Assembly: GCF_004010195.1 (NCBI RefSeq) | Contig: NC_057735.1 | Coordinates: 46,040,514 to 46,104,513, forward strand | Direction of reading: 5' to 3' | DNA from: Chiloscyllium plagiosum | Taxonomy: Eukaryota | DNA length: 64,000 nucleotides | Shown: in pieces, positions 12,376-25,617 of the stretch | Layout of the letters: the number at the start of each line of letters is the position of its first letter | Position numbering within the stretch: position 1 is the first letter of the stretch | Translations under genes and position numbers: made by a program | The notes under the pieces: generated by a model | Told to the model about the DNA's origin: nothing | The model's database searches: none | The model's input: only the letters and a program-made list of their open reading frames with translations

Positions 12376-13599
12376 TAGGAAGTTAGTTTCCTATCTAATG
12401 GGACCGTTCCTATTTTGAGGGAGTTTTGGAAAATTTAAAAACAATGTATCAACCATTTCTTTTAAGACCCTAGGATGAAATCCATCTGGATCCAGGCATC
12501 GTAAGCCTATGGCTCTAGTAGTTTACTCAGTACCCCTATTTTCTGGTGGTTAAGGCTAGGAAATTAAAGCTAATGGTGTCAATTGTACTGTGCTGGAGCG
12601 CTGACCAGTGGTGATGGGAGATAGTTGGTCACAGGTGATGGAGGAGATTCAAAAGGTTTCCAAAGATGATTGTGCAAAATGGTTGGTGAAGAAAGGGTGA
12701 AAAGTACTCGAGGGTCAATTCAATAATGGATTCCAGTTCTGGGGTCACTGTACTGCTTGAGAAAGAAGAGTTAAATTTGAGGATAGAGTTACCTATGAAT
12801 GTCAATGAAGACCAAAGTTGGTCAGTGCTGCGTATGGAGCTTCCCTGTTGCTCAATGTTTTTCAGAGTGGAATGAGGTTTTTGATGACCTTTTGCTTGCA
12901 ACTTTCCTTAGCCAGGCAAGTTGAATCAATCAAGAGTTTTGCTGAGGCCTAAAAATTGATTTTAAAAAATTTTGCATAGCATCCTTGTTTTTGCATTTTA
13001 TGTCTCCGAAAGCAACAATCCAATGAATTGAGTCCTTTTGCTCGCCCTAAGCACAGCTGCAGAGGAACTGGCTGAGGGTGACCCAGACAAGTTATTGCAG
13101 CAGCTAGAACATCAGCAAAGATGCACTAACAGTGTGCCAGGCAACTCAGGATGGTGGTAAGCAGGAATCAGTGCGATATTGAATGTTGGCATACTACAAA
13201 ACATACTACAAAAGGTAATCATCTGTAAATGTCAAAAAGGCAATGTCATAGATGGGTGTGGCTTTCACAGACTTATGTCAATTATCTGAGGGGACTATTC
13301 AACACTAGCATTTTAAAAAAAAACCTGTGGCATTGAATTTTCACACATTCTGGGATTTTCCAGAATTTTATGGAGGATTTGTGAGCAATCTCATAGGCAG
13401 TCACTCTCAGTTGCATCAGGGAGGTCATCAATGTTCATTCATAATAGCTAATTATCTTCTATGGTTTTCCATAGATCCTGAGAGCCAGGCAATCTGTACA
13501 ATATGAGGCAGTGGTGCTGAACTAATAACCCAAAACCCTAGACTAAAGGCGATCTTGCAACCACCATTAATTGTCATAAGAGTTTATACACTTCACTAA

Positions 13600-14440
13600 T
13601 GCAGAGAGTAATGGGGCAGGTTAAATGAGTGGGCAGAAACTTAGTAATGTAATGGAATGTAATGTGTGAAAATGTGAGGTTATGCAATTTGGGAGGAAGA
13701 ATAGAGGAGTGAAATTTTAAATGGATAAAGACTGCAGAAAGCTATGAAACAAGGGCATTTGTGAGTCCTTGTATCATAAAAAGCTAACATCCAAGTTCAG
13801 CAGGTAATCGGGAAGTCAAATGGCATATTGGACTTCATTACAAAGAGAATGGAATATTAAAAGTAGGGGGGGTTGCAACAATTAAGCAAGACAATATTCC
13901 AATCGTAGCTGGAATACTGAACAGTTTTGGGCTGCTTTTCTAAAGAAAGATATGCTGACTTTAGAAGTAGTCTCGAGCATGTTTGCTAAACTTATACCAG
14001 ATATGGAGAGACTCTTTGTCTTATGAAGAGAAGTTGAGTAGGTTGGATCTCTACTCATTGATATTTAGAAGAATGAAAGGTGACTTTATTGAAACATACA
14101 ATTTTCTTAAAGGCTTAACAGATATGTAAGGCTTGTTTCCCTTGTGGGAGAGTCTAGGTCGAGAGAGCATTATCTCAAAATAAGGGATTGCATACTTAAG
14201 ACAGGTGAGGAGGAATTTCTTTGTTGCTGGTTGTGAATCTATGAAATTCTTTCCCACAAAGTGCTGTAGAGATTGAGCAATTTAAGTATATTCAGGACTA
14301 AGATTTTTAATCAATTGGGAATTAGAAGTTATGGAGAAAAGGCAGGGAGATGGCGTTGAGGATTATCAGATCAGCCATGATCTCACTGAATGGTGAGGCA
14401 GATTCAATGGGCTTCTACTCTTGCATCTTATGGTCTTATA
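13600..14440 (+). mobile_element. CR1 LINE 3' fragment, inserted into an old SINE (SINE halves at about 13505-13600 and 14440-14595)
   Basis: CR1 RT-end and 3' UTR motifs. The flanks rejoin as ttcactaat|gtcctttagggaaggaaatct, a motif seen in reverse at 18805-18835 and 23830-23870. Confidence 0.75.
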
Positions 14441-15094
14441 ATGTCCTTTAGGGAAGGAAATCTACCATCCTGGCCTGGGCTACATGTGACTCCAGAGTCT
14501 CACCAATGTGATTGATTTTTAACTTCCCTTTAGGAAATTAGAGCTAGACAATAATGATGGCTAATCAGCAAATCTCACAGGCCATAAAGAAGTAAAAAAG
14601 AAATGTTTCTATGGCAATCTTGGATTTCTGCAGTTGACTGCATACATTTTGCTTTGAAAGATCCACGAGCTTAGAGATTAGCATTCATAAATTGAAACAG
14701 TTTCACTCGTTCAAAGCGTAGTTGGTCTATGATCACTGCAAATGAAATCTTTACTTTGCATGAAGTTTTCCTAGTTCTTAACCCTCCGTCCCTGTCAGGT
14801 GCTACATCTGTTTATTTCCCCATAGCAACTGCAGGGATGTCTCCTGGGTGACCAGGGATATCCATAGAAGATCAGGCTCATTGCATGTTTCAAAGCCCAG
14901 CAGAGGAGAGGTATAATTTTACCCATGCCTCAAAAAGGATAACAATGGGTTTGCACTGCTCAGATAAAACGCTGTAGCATGTGCCAAAGATAGAATCAGT
15001 GTACCTGCTGTGTTCTGCGCATCTTGTGCAGCAAAGTGATGAGAAATTTACAGATGAGGATCTGAAAGGCTTGAATTTCTTCTCAGATAAGGAA

Positions 15095-15690
15095 GAAGGA
15101 AAAGGATTTGAGTACAGGAGCCGTGATGTCTTGTTGCAATTATATAGTGCCCTGGTGAGACCACACCTCTAATATTTTGTGCAGATACGGTCTCCTAATC
15201 TGAGGAAGGATGTTTTTGTTATAGAGAAAATGAAACAAAGATTTATCAGACTCATTCCTGGGATGGTGGGACTGAAGTATGAGGATAAGTTGAATCTGTT
15301 GGGATTGTATTCGCTGGAGTTCAGAACAATGAATGAAACCTATAAAGTTTGAATAGGACTATACAGAGTTGTTGCAAGAAGGATGTTCTGGTTGATGGTT
15401 GTCCAGAACCAGGGGACACAGTCTAAGAAAACAGTGTAAACTATTTAGGACTAAGATGAGATGTTTCTTTACCCCTAGAATGGTAAAACTGTGGGACTTC
15501 CTATCACAAAAATCAATTGAGGCCCAAACATTGTATGATTTCAAAAAGGAGTTGGACATAGGACTTGGGACTAAAGGGATTAAAGGGTATGAGGGGAAAG
15601 CAATAACATGCCATTGAGATGGATAATTAGCCATGATCATAATGAATGGTGGGGCAGGCTTGAAATGCCAAATGATCTACTCTGATTTTT
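15095..15690 (+). mobile_element. CR1 LINE 3' fragment
   Basis: GFEYRSRDVLLQLYSALVRPHL and SRTRGHSL...FFTPRMVKLWDFL. Confidence 0.88.
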
Positions 15691-16179
15691 TATATTTAAT
15701 TTGATATTCATGAGAAAGTGGCTGATGCAGCTGTAGATGTCAAGGTGAAGTAGCCAGTCAAGCATCCATATTCCTGCCAGAATGATGCCTACCAGATCAT
15801 CTGCTAAATAAAAGTTATAGTGGAAGCACTACTTCCAGTACAACCTACAGTCAGATGGAATCTGACACTAAAAGGAAAACTGGTGTGGATTCTTAGCATG
15901 AGCAGCACCATACACATGATTTTGAGGAAGTCATATAACTCAGTGAAGCACACTAAACATGCTAACAATGCCTTCTAAGAACTTTGAGTTCACCAGCAGA
16001 ATATGGCATTTCCTCAGCTCTAGATACTGCTTAAACAACAATTTCTGTGGGATAATGGGTGAGCGCACCAACTAGGTTATAAATCACCCTGCCCTTGCCA
16101 GGATACTTAGAGGTCACAATTTGCAAGACCATACTAGAAGCCCAAATCATATCTTTGATCATTCCTGGGGTGCAACACA

Positions 16180-18200
16180 TTGAGACCATAAGGAATAGCA
16201 GTGGGCTGTTCAGCCCTTTTAGCCTGCTCTACCATTCAGTAGGATAATGGTTGATCCGGCATTCCTCGAATCCACTTTCCTACCCTTTTCCTGTAGCCCT
16301 TGATCTACTGATCAAGAATCTATCTATCTCAGCCTTAAATATACAAACAAGGCCACTGCCTCCACAACTCTCTGTGGCAAGGATTTCCAAAGACTTCCAA
16401 TTCTCTGAGAGAAGAAACGCTTCCTCATCTCGGTCTTAAATTGACATCCCTTTATTCTGACACTATGCCCTCTAGTCCTAGACTCTCTACAAGTGGAAAT
16501 ACCTTTTCAATTCTTACCTTGTCAAGTTCCTTAAGAGTCTGATGTTTCACTGAGATCACCTCTCATTGTTCTAAACTCCAATTAGTCGACTCCCAATCTG
16601 TTTAACCTTTCCTCATAAGACAATCTCTCCATACTGGAATCATCCTAAGGAACCTTCTCTGAACAGCCTGCAATGAAATAATATCTTTCTTTAAATAAGG
16701 AGACATAAACTGCTCACAGGACTCCAGAAGTGGTATCACCAACACTTTATACAGTTGCAGTAAGACTCCACTACTCTTATACTCCAAACCCCTTAAAATA
16801 AGGGCCAATATTCCTTTAGCCTTCGTGATTATCTGCTTTTCACCTGTGCATAGCTTTCTGGGTTTCATGCACAAGTACTGCCAATAGAACATAGAACATT
16901 ACAACGCAGTACAGGCGCTTCGGACCTCAGTGTTACGCCGACCTGTGGAACCAATCTGAAACCTATCTATCCTACAGTATTCTATTTTCATCCATATGTT
17001 TATCCAGTGACCTTTTAAATGCCCTGAAAGTTGGTGAGTCTCCTACTGTTGTAGGCAGTGCGTTCCACACCCGTATTAATCTCTGAGTAAAGAGTCAAGT
17101 TCCTTTGTGTTGCAGCTTTTTGCAGTTTTTCTAAATTTCTTCTCACTTCCAAAATGTACAGCTGCTCATTTTCCCACATTATACTCCATTTATCAATTTT
17201 TGCCCACTTACTTAGTCTATTAATATATCTCTCTGTAAACTATTTTATCACTATTACAATGTGCCTTTCTACCTATTTTGTATCATCTGCAAATTTGGCT
17301 ACAGTACATTCGCTTCCTTCCTCTAAGTCATTACTATGTATTGTAAACACTTGTAGTCACAGCACTGATCCCTGTGGAAGCTCACTCGTCACAGGCCATC
17401 AAGCTGAAAAAAATCCCTTGTCGCTTGCCATTTCCTGCTTGTCAGCCAATTCTTTATATCCATGCCAATATATTGATTAGATTAGATTAGATTAGATTAC
17501 AGTGTGGAAACAGGCCCTTCGGCCCAACAAGTCCACACCGACCCGCCAAAGCGAAACCCACCCATACCCCTACATTTACCCCTTACCTAACACTACTGGC
17601 AATTTAGTATGGCCAATTCACCTGACCCTGCACATCTTTGGATGGTGGGAGGAAACCGGAGCACCCGCAGGAAACCCACGCAGACACGGGGAGAACGTGC
17701 AAACTCCACACAGTCAGTCGCCTGAGTCGGGAATTGAACCCGGGTCTGTGGCGCTGTGAGGCAGCAGTGCTAACCACTGTGCCACCGTGCCACTTCCAGC
17801 AATATATCATAAACTCTTAGCTTATGTCTTAACCTTTTGTGAGGTACCTTGTTGAGTACCTTCTGGAAGTACAATTACAATACATCTATAGGTTCCTCTC
17901 TATCATCTCTGGTTCAGTCTTCTTCAAAAAGCTCTAATAAATTAATCAGACAGGATTTCGCTTCCATGAAGCCATGCTGACTCTACTTGATTTTCCAAAT
18001 GTTCTGCTATTGGTTCCTTAATTGATTCCATACTTTTCCAACAGTAGATTTTAGACCTGCTTTTTGGTTCCCTTCCTTTTTGAATAAGGGTGCCCCATTG
18101 GCATTTTTCCAATCCTCTGGTATTTCTCCAGAATCCAACACATTTACTAACTACGTAGTTATTCCTTTTTAATCCTAGGATGCAAGTTATTGTTGCCTTT
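16180..18200 (-). mobile_element. CR1 LINE RT/3' fragment with a nested CR1 tail (about 16885-17095) and an HE1 SINE
   Basis: KAKGILALILRGLEYKSSGVLLQLYKVLVIPLLE; reverse-strand PQGSVL and KFADDTK motifs at about 17280-17380. Confidence 0.85.
17475..17791 (-). mobile_element. HE1-type V-SINE, full length
   Basis: tRNA-like head (A box TGGCACAGTGG, B box GGTTCAATTCC), V-domain GTGTGGAGTTTGCACGTTCTCCCCGTGTCTGCGTGGGTTTCC, CR1-like tail and (TCTAA)n. Confidence 0.93.
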
Positions 18201-18889
18201 AGCCTCCTTAACTGTGCACATCAGTTTGTACAATTCTCAAAATACTAATTTAACAGAGATGAGGGAAATACTTCAACACACATGAACACAAGAGAATGAT
18301 CATATCCATGCAATAAGAAACCGATGCAACTTTGTGCCATTCACATTTTTAAAATTTTGTCTCCTTAAACTATGCCTTCTTGCAACCCTGACAATCACTC
18401 TTGAAGTGGAAACAGCCCTTTGAGTGTTATGTTCGTTGCCTGAGATTAGTTTGGCTGCTGTTCTTTTGATAGTTCAAAACCTAGAGGGCCCTCCTTCCCT
18501 TGTTTAGCTGCATTGTTTAGACTCATTTGCTGAAGGCAATGGGATCACAGGAAGAGGGAAGGAGGAAAGGCAGCATGTGAAGTGTTCACTCCACTGCTGG
18601 TTACATGCTGGTTATTTGCACCCCTCCCATCCTTAGTGTATAAATCCACTGAGTATTTTGTTAGACTTGGCTGTTCATTGCAGTCACCCACATTTGCATG
18701 GACGAAGCCAAGTATTGATATGCAACAGGCAAGACAAAACTCACGACCATGTCATTTTAGAGGCATTTAAGCCTCATGTTAGCCAGAACAGATGAGGTAA
18801 CATATTTCTTTCTTGAAGAAGGATTAGTGACCCAGAGGTTTTGCTCACAATCAATAATGATTACAAGTCACCATCAGTCTAGCTTTTAT

Positions 18890-19030
18890 TGAGTCACAGA
18901 GATGTACAGCGTAGAAACAGACCCTTCAGTCCAATTTGTCCATGCTGAATAGATATCTTAACCTAATCTAGTCCCATTTGCCAGCACTTGGCTCACATCC
19001 ATCTAAATCCTTACTATTCATATATCCATC
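18890..19030 (-). mobile_element. CR1/HER1-type LINE extreme 3' end
   Basis: Reverse complement of the tail seen at 44930-45085. Confidence 0.8.
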
Positions 19031-19096
19031 CAGATGCCTTTTAAATGTTAACAATCATATAACAACAGATTGTAATCCAACAGGTTTATTTGGAAG

Positions 19097-19131
19097 CACT
19101 AGCTTTCAAAGCACAGCTTCTTCATCAGGTG
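19097..19131 (-). ncRNA. Minimal hammerhead ribozyme motif, family C (in a PLE-type terminal repeat, about 19060-19172)
   Basis: Minus strand reads cac-CTGATGA-a-gaagc-tgt-gcttt-GAAA-gc-TA-gtg. Stem I cac/gtg, stem II gaagc/gcttt, palindromic AGCT at stem III. Confidence 0.75.
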
Positions 19132-19178
19132 GTTGTGAAGCAGGACCATAAGACAGAATTTATAGCAAAAGAGGAAAA

Positions 19179-19210
19179 TCAACATTTCGGGCAAAAGCCC
19201 TTCATCAGGA
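19179..19210 (-). ncRNA. Minimal hammerhead ribozyme motif, family A
   Basis: Minus strand reads tc-CTGATGA-a-gggc-tttt-gccc-GAAA-tg-TT-ga. Confidence 0.7.
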
Positions 19211-19633
19211 ATGCGGAATCCACAAAATGTGGTTGACTCTTCATTGTCCTCTGAAATTGCCTAGCAAGTCACTCATTTTAAGGGCAATTAAGGATGGCAA
19301 AAATGCTGGCCTTGCCTGTGAAGCCCATAATCCATGTACCAATTGAACTTGCTGAGATGGTGCATTTTACACCTTAGCTACTTGACTGAAAAATAGTTTT
19401 TTTTTTCTAATTTCTTTTGCGTATTTTCCCATTTGCTTTAATTCCATACATAAACACCCTCTTGGCTTTTTTCTTACACTCATCTGTGCTCCCTATTATG
19501 TGTGCCATCCTTTATGAATATTCACTGTCATGTATGCAACCCCTCAGAGAACAATCCACTGATGTATTTCCCTTCTCATGTACTTATAAGTTAGTATCAG
19601 CTGTTGTTTTATTATAATACTATTTTATTGCAG

Positions 19634-19707
19634 TAAAAGAAGAAATGGAACAAAGAGAGCAACTTAGGAATAAGTATCAACAACAACTAAATGAAAAAGA
19701 GAATGAG
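19634..19707 (+). CDS. SYCP1: SYCP1 internal coding exon B (74 nt): (L)KEEMEQREQLRNKYQQQLNEKENE
   Basis: Acceptor ttttattgcag and donor gtattt. T+TA completes Leu across the junction. Aligns colinearly with the recalled human LKEDYEKIQHLEQEYKKEINDKEKQ. Confidence 0.92.
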
Positions 19708-20216
19708 GTATTTTACTACTTGAATATTCATGATTTAACAGATTTCATTTCTTCATATCATTTGCGTCAATGAGGATCGGATTTGCTTTGGTCACGTAAA
19801 TTTTGAGATTGAATGGTGACTCTGAGAAATGCTGTCCATGAAGCGTTAGTGAGTCTCTGTAGTGTCTTTTATAGTTGGTTCATACTTTTTCCAGAAAGTG
19901 GACTGCCTTTGTACGCAATGTATACTTAAGATGGCGTATAGGGTGCCAGTAATACAAAGGGCAGATTTACACTAGGACTGAATCTTGACATTTTCCATGA
20001 TTTAAACCTGATTTCCTGTAATCATGCAATATTATTTTATGTTAGATTGGGCATGATATCACTTGGAAATGTTTATTGATAACATATGGTACTTTAAAAA
20101 AGCTTTAGAAATTATTAAATTTCTGTCGGCTATGGAATCTGATCTGTAAAATTGTCACAAGTCCTGTCCATTGAGCTCGCTTTCTTTAAAACAATTTAAT
20201 GCTTTTGGAATAAAAT

Positions 20217-20536
20217 GGGGCGGCACGGTGGCACAGTGGTTAGCACTGCTGCCTCACAGCGCCAGAGACCCTGGTTCAATTCCCGCCTCAGGCGACTGAC
20301 TGTGTGGAGTTTGCACGTTCTCCCCGTGTCTGCGTGGGTTTCCTCCGGGTGCTCCGGTTTCCTCCCACATCACAAAGATGTGCAGGGTCAGGTGAATTGG
20401 CCATACTAAATTGCCAGTAGTGTTAGGTAAGGGGTAAATGTAGAGGTATGGGTGGGTTTCGCTTCGGCGGGTCGGTGTGGACTTGTTGGGCCGAAGGGCC
20501 TGTTTCCACACTGTAATCTAATCTAATCTAATCTAA
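20217..20536 (+). mobile_element. HE1-type V-SINE, full length
   Basis: GGGGCGGCACGGTGGCACAGTGGTTAGCACTGCTGCCTCACAGCGCC head, V-domain and (TCTAA)n tail. Confidence 0.95.
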
Positions 20537-20725
20537 AATCTGGAGAAACTCAACAGGTCTAATAGAGTCTGGAGAGAGTAAAAGTTAATTTTTTTGAGCC
20601 CAACTATTCTCTCTCTTTGTTTCAAAGAAGAGCTATTGGACTCAAAATGTAAACTCTTGTTCCTTTGTCCACAGATGCTGCCAGATCTGCAGAGTTTTTC
20701 CAGCAATATGTGTTGTATTTTGTTA
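20537..20725. mobile_element. Old inverted pair of PLE terminal repeats
   Basis: ctggagaaactcaacaggtct... is inverted relative to ...acagatgctgccagatctgcagagtttttccagca. The hammerhead core has decayed. Confidence 0.65.
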
Positions 20726-20829
20726 TAGTTAATACACACCTTGGCTTCAGTATACTGGTAGTGGAGGGAGTGTAGCTTAAGGTGATGGAAAGGGTGCCAA
20801 TCATACAGGTTTGTTTGTTCTGAACTTAA

Positions 20830-21160
20830 TTAAGACTATAAGACACAGTAACAGGCATAAGTCATTCACCCCAGCGAGTCTGCTTTGCTGTTCAGTGAGA
20901 TTATGGCTGATCTGATAATCATCATTTCCACTTTCCTGCCTTTTCCCCATAAGCCTTGCTTCCCTTGCTGATTAAAAGTCTATCTCAAACTTGAATATAC
21001 TTCATGTCCCAGCCTTGACAACCTTTTGCAGTAAAATTTTCCACAGTTTCATTATCCGCTTAGAAAAGAAATTCCTTATTTTTAAGTGTGCAACCCTTAT
21101 TCTAAGATTATGGCTTCTGGTCCTAGACTGTCCCACAAGGGGAAACATAATGTTGACCTA
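20830..21160 (-). mobile_element. CR1 LINE 3' end
   Basis: Reverse complement of the CR1 3' UTR seen at 14150-14440. Confidence 0.8.
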
Positions 21161-21439
21161 CTTGAGTTTTGTTAAAAATGCACTCATCAAAGTAAATGGA
21201 GAATATTTGATCACACAACTGACTTTTGCTTTGCAGTTGTTGGTGAACAGAAGGTCAGTCACATGCTGCAGAACATTCAGTTTCTAACATGGACTTGTTG
21301 TCACAATATTTCATTGGCAGTTCCTGTCCCATTTCCGTTTCCCAGCTGTATGTGGAGCTGGTGTCCAGTCCATTCGAAAGAGATGAGTTGATCATTTAAA
21401 TATTACACCAATGTGCAATAATTAGATTTTCTTTCCATT

Positions 21440-22430
21440 TTAAATGTCATCCTTTCACAGTCCTTGGGACAAACAACAGTCATGGAAAGCAGGAACATGA
21501 GATCAGTAGGTGCTATTTCCCAGGGGTTACATAACCATCTCCCTACCTCTTATCAAGATAGGTCGTTTTCAAGTGCAGCAAGTGCTCATACCAAAAGTCT
21601 TATGTTAAGAAATTATGTCCATGTTATACCAATGACAAAATAAGCTTTGGATAAAAAAGATGACTACCATGTGAATCTGTGCACTGGCCAGGACGAATCA
21701 GGATATCCATTGATTCATAAGTGCATGGGAGGCATGTCAAACGTACCAAACCCAGCAGTGGAAGGAGTCTCTACATCCATGTGATGTTCCATTCATTGCT
21801 TAGCAGAGTTCATGCTGTATGGGGAAGATTACATCCTTGTGATGGATTGCCTCTCCAAATTTTCCATCTTTCAACCAGTGAGTGCAACTAATTCTGACAC
21901 AGTGACTGCTATTTTCAGCTTACTTGATGTGCCAAAATAGATAATGTCTATTAATAGATAGTTGTTGACTGGCAAACTGTTTCAAGATGTGTGCTATGTG
22001 GGAGTGACCCATAGCACATTATTACCCATTATTCTTGCTCAAATGGTCTAGCAGAAAGGTACCATACCATTTGGTATGTAATGTCAAGTTTAAGATTAAA
22101 TACAAGGTTTTGCTTTGCACTGATGCATTTTTGTGCAATACCAAAAGAGGAGGGACCACCATTCCCAGCATGTTATGCTTAGCAAATAAGTACAAATGAC
22201 CTTGCCCAGCAACAAATTGTCCATCTTTTTTGAGACAGGACATTTTTCTTCAATCATAGAGGAGAATGAAAAGATACACAACAAGTGAGTGGGATAGAGA
22301 ACTACAAAAACTGAGAAATCCATATTTTAATACTTTGATACCAGTAAATATTCCTAAAGTATGTAAACAGCTCAAATCATACAAAGTCAGTCCTCATTGT
22401 GCTACCTTTCAGAAGAACAGAAAACCCAAT
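21440..22430 (+). mobile_element. Highly degenerate Gypsy-type integrase region
   Basis: tcaaatggtctagcagaaagg (SNGLAER) at about 22038, preceded by decayed C..C and zinc-finger/DDE-like segments. Confidence 0.55.
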
Positions 22431-22655
22431 CGTACATGAAGAGTCAGGAAGAAAACTCCAAGGATGACAATTTGTGGTGATGTTGAATGATAGCAAACAA
22501 CTGGAGGACAACCAAGTTGTCAAACAAGTGCAACAAAAAACAGCATGTATCTCTCCAGTTACGATCACAAGCTTTGTACAGCTCATCACACCTTCAAGGC
22601 GTTACATCGAAGTTTGAATTGTTCATCTTGTACACTCTGCTTTCACTGATTTGTG

Positions 22656-22747
22656 CTGAAACTTTATTGCTGGAACAGCACAGCAGGTCAGGCAGCATCT
22701 AGGGAACAGAAGATTCGACGTTTCGGGCACATGCCCTTCTTCAGGAA
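22656..22747 (-). mobile_element. PLE family A terminal repeat with an intact hammerhead motif
   Basis: Minus strand reads attc-CTGAAGA-a-gggc-atgt-gccc-GAAA-cg-TC-gaat, with a 4-bp stem I. 9-bp TSD tgatttgtg at 22647-22655 and 22748-22756. Confidence 0.85.
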
Positions 22748-23547
22748 TGATTTGTGTAATTACCAAGTTAACAACCTGTGCCTGTGTACAACCTACATTT
22801 GTCTGTTTGGGTCTTTTCTTATCTTTGGAAAGGAGGGATGTGTTTAATGTCTCGTAGCATGTCACCATAGCATTAAGAGAGACATTAATGATGGGTCACA
22901 TGCTATGATGTAGTGGTAATGACAGTACAAAGGTCTCAGACTCTATCTTTATTCAGGTCACTTAAAGTAAGATACACTGGATGGCAGATACACAACAACA
23001 GACATGGACCTGGTGACTACCTGTGATGTAAACCTTTACTTGAAGTGGCAGATTTGCTTAATTCTTAAATCAGCTTTGAAACATTGAACCAAGGTCATGA
23101 CAGATGCCATCTATAGGAAGATCAGGTGGTCAAGTATAGAACAATGACAGGCCAAGCGAGCTAGAGGCTTGGACATTGTAGCTGGACTCTCCTGAGTACA
23201 AGACGTCATAGACTGCGCACACCTGGCTGTCATGGTGCTCAGACCAGCCAGTGGCTTCATTTCAGCTAAAAGGCTCTCACCCTCAACATCGAATTTGTCT
23301 ATAACCACTACCAATATATCTTGCAGGTGTGTGTAGTTTATCTTGGAAGCAGCCACAAATCTTAGATTATCCTGCACTCCTCCTCCCCCAGTGTTTTGCA
23401 GTGACAGTATTATTTGTTCAGGAGTGGTAGGTGTTGCTGGCTAGTCCAGAATTTATTGCCCATCCCTAATTGCTTAGAGGACAGTTAAATATCAGTCACC
23501 TTGCAGTAGGTCTGGAGTCGTATAAGCCAAACCAATTGGGACGGCAT

Positions 23548-23830
23548 GAAAACAGAAAGTGCTGGAGATACTCAGCAAGTTGTAGAGAAGGGAACACAGT
23601 TAATGGTTTCAGTCCAATATGACTCTCCTTTGGAACTGAGCCTGCAGCAGTGACTTCTTGGACTACTCTAAGGCCTTTGGAAAAAGATGATTGCTGGGTT
23701 CTGAAGAAAAGTAATATTTCGGATCAACATTAACTTTCTCTACAGATGCTGCCAGACCCACTGTGTTTCTCTGGCAGTTTCTGGTTTTATTTCAGATCTC
23801 CCAACATCTGCAGTAATTTTCTTCTATTTC
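23548..23830. mobile_element. Old inverted pair of PLE terminal repeats inside a SINE remnant
   Basis: aaaacagaaagtgctggagatactcagc... versus ...ctgaagaa...acagatgctgccagaccc...gtttctctggcagtttctggtttt. Confidence 0.65.
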
Positions 23831-25617
23831 AGGTAAATGTAGTAGATTAAAGACATTAATGAACCAGATGAGTTTTTATAACAATCAAAGGGTACATAGT
23901 CAATATTAGTCTAGTTCCTTATTCCATAATTTTATTGAATTAAAATTTCAGCATCAGCATGGTGGAATTTGAATCCATGTTCATAGAATGATGTGTACAC
24001 ACACCATGGTTAAATATAGGCAGTTCCTTTGCCTACTTATCCAACTCCTGCACTTCTGAATAACCACTGTCAATGAATTGAAATGGTCATTAGCAACATT
24101 CATCATTTATTACATCGATGGAATGATTGTTACAAAGTCAGGGAGCTGGACATAATAGAATATGAATTCTCTGATAGGGGTCATTATTTAGTCTATTCAG
24201 GGAGACCTGGTCAACTTCAAAGGACGAATGCCAGGCCTAGAGATATTGTGTGCCTGAATGCTTAACTCAGTAAATAAAGAATGCTTGGTAACAGAATGCC
24301 AGCCTCCTGAAGAATTATTTCAATTGGTATTTATGCGTTCATGAACTTTACTCACCACCTGTGATGTCCAAGACCATTTAGAGGACAGTTTAATATTCAT
24401 AAAGATGCCCTGCTGTCATCTGAGAAGTGATGAAACCCTGCCACAGCCCGTGCATGCCTCCTCAACCTAATTTAAAGGCAGTAAAGCATATACTTGTTTG
24501 ATGACAGTGTCCTTGTAGCTTCAGGGCAAATGTCTTGCCTCCTAGAGTCCTAAGTCAGTCTGAGGCTAATAGCTGTCCAATACCGCAGTGTCACGTGGAA
24601 CATCAGTCTATGCCAGTGGCCACACTGCAGTAAGGCCATAGGAACAGGATTATCAGTTGAGTCTCGATCAGTGGTAAATGAGACTCAATCATTGGGACCT
24701 GTCAGGGAGACACCAGATCTTGTACCATCAGCAACCTGAGCTCTCTCCCCTGCAGTCACCAAGAAGCTGGAGGTGCGGATTCCTGAATAGTGGCTCTCTA
24801 ATGATGCCCATGATGCTGATGGGGAGACTTTGAAGTGACGTGACTAAACCTGCATCAGGTCCTAGTATTTCTCACAGAGTTACAAAGACCAGAGTGATCC
24901 ACATACGGTAGCTACACAATTGAGGCCAGGCACAAGAAATACTTCGCTAAAGCATGCCATTTAGGATAAGGCTGAATGTAAAGATATTGCAACAAGATCT
25001 GAAGGCCATCACCTGGGTGTGAAAGCACTCCAGCACCTGACTGCTTTCCCTACGTATGAGATTTGATACATCCGCGGCAATTCAGAGCTTTTATTCCAGA
25101 AGACCAAACAAGCATGTTGAAGGAAGACTTATTGCTATTCCTATATTATTCGTTGTTGATAGTGAATATATCCTTTTGAAGGAAAAAAAACAGGGCTGAA
25201 TCTTACAGTCTAAGCACAACAGTTTAACGGAATCTAAGAGTAAGTTGCAACAAATTTGTTTGAATGATTTTCGCCACAAGGCTGAGTGAGTTTTCTTGTC
25301 CTGTCTTACCAAATTTGCTGCCTTAATTGATGTTGCTGTCCCAATGGTGAGCATCACATCCAATTTCCATTCCATTGTACCATGTACTGATCCAAGAATG
25401 ACTCACTACTCATCAGATATCCCAGATTTTGCCAGTATCCTGGTGCAGTTGTCACGTTTAAAAGGCCATTGTACACCCAGACAAGCAGTATTAGTCTGGA
25501 GCTGCCCTGCACAATTTCTGATATTAATCTTGTTCATGGCAGACAGGGAAAATCAGCGTTTTGTGGCCATGATGTTTGAGTTCCTCCTGGACAGGGTGGT
25601 GCACAAGCAGGACTTGG

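Noticed and set aside
20217-20290. tRNA genes at the heads of the HE1 copies
   Set aside because: A and B boxes are present, but they run straight into the V-domain and LINE-derived tail. These are SINE heads, not tRNAs.
23111-23377. 88-aa ORF as a novel gene
   Set aside because: No recognisable domain or splice partners; it lies among decayed repeats.
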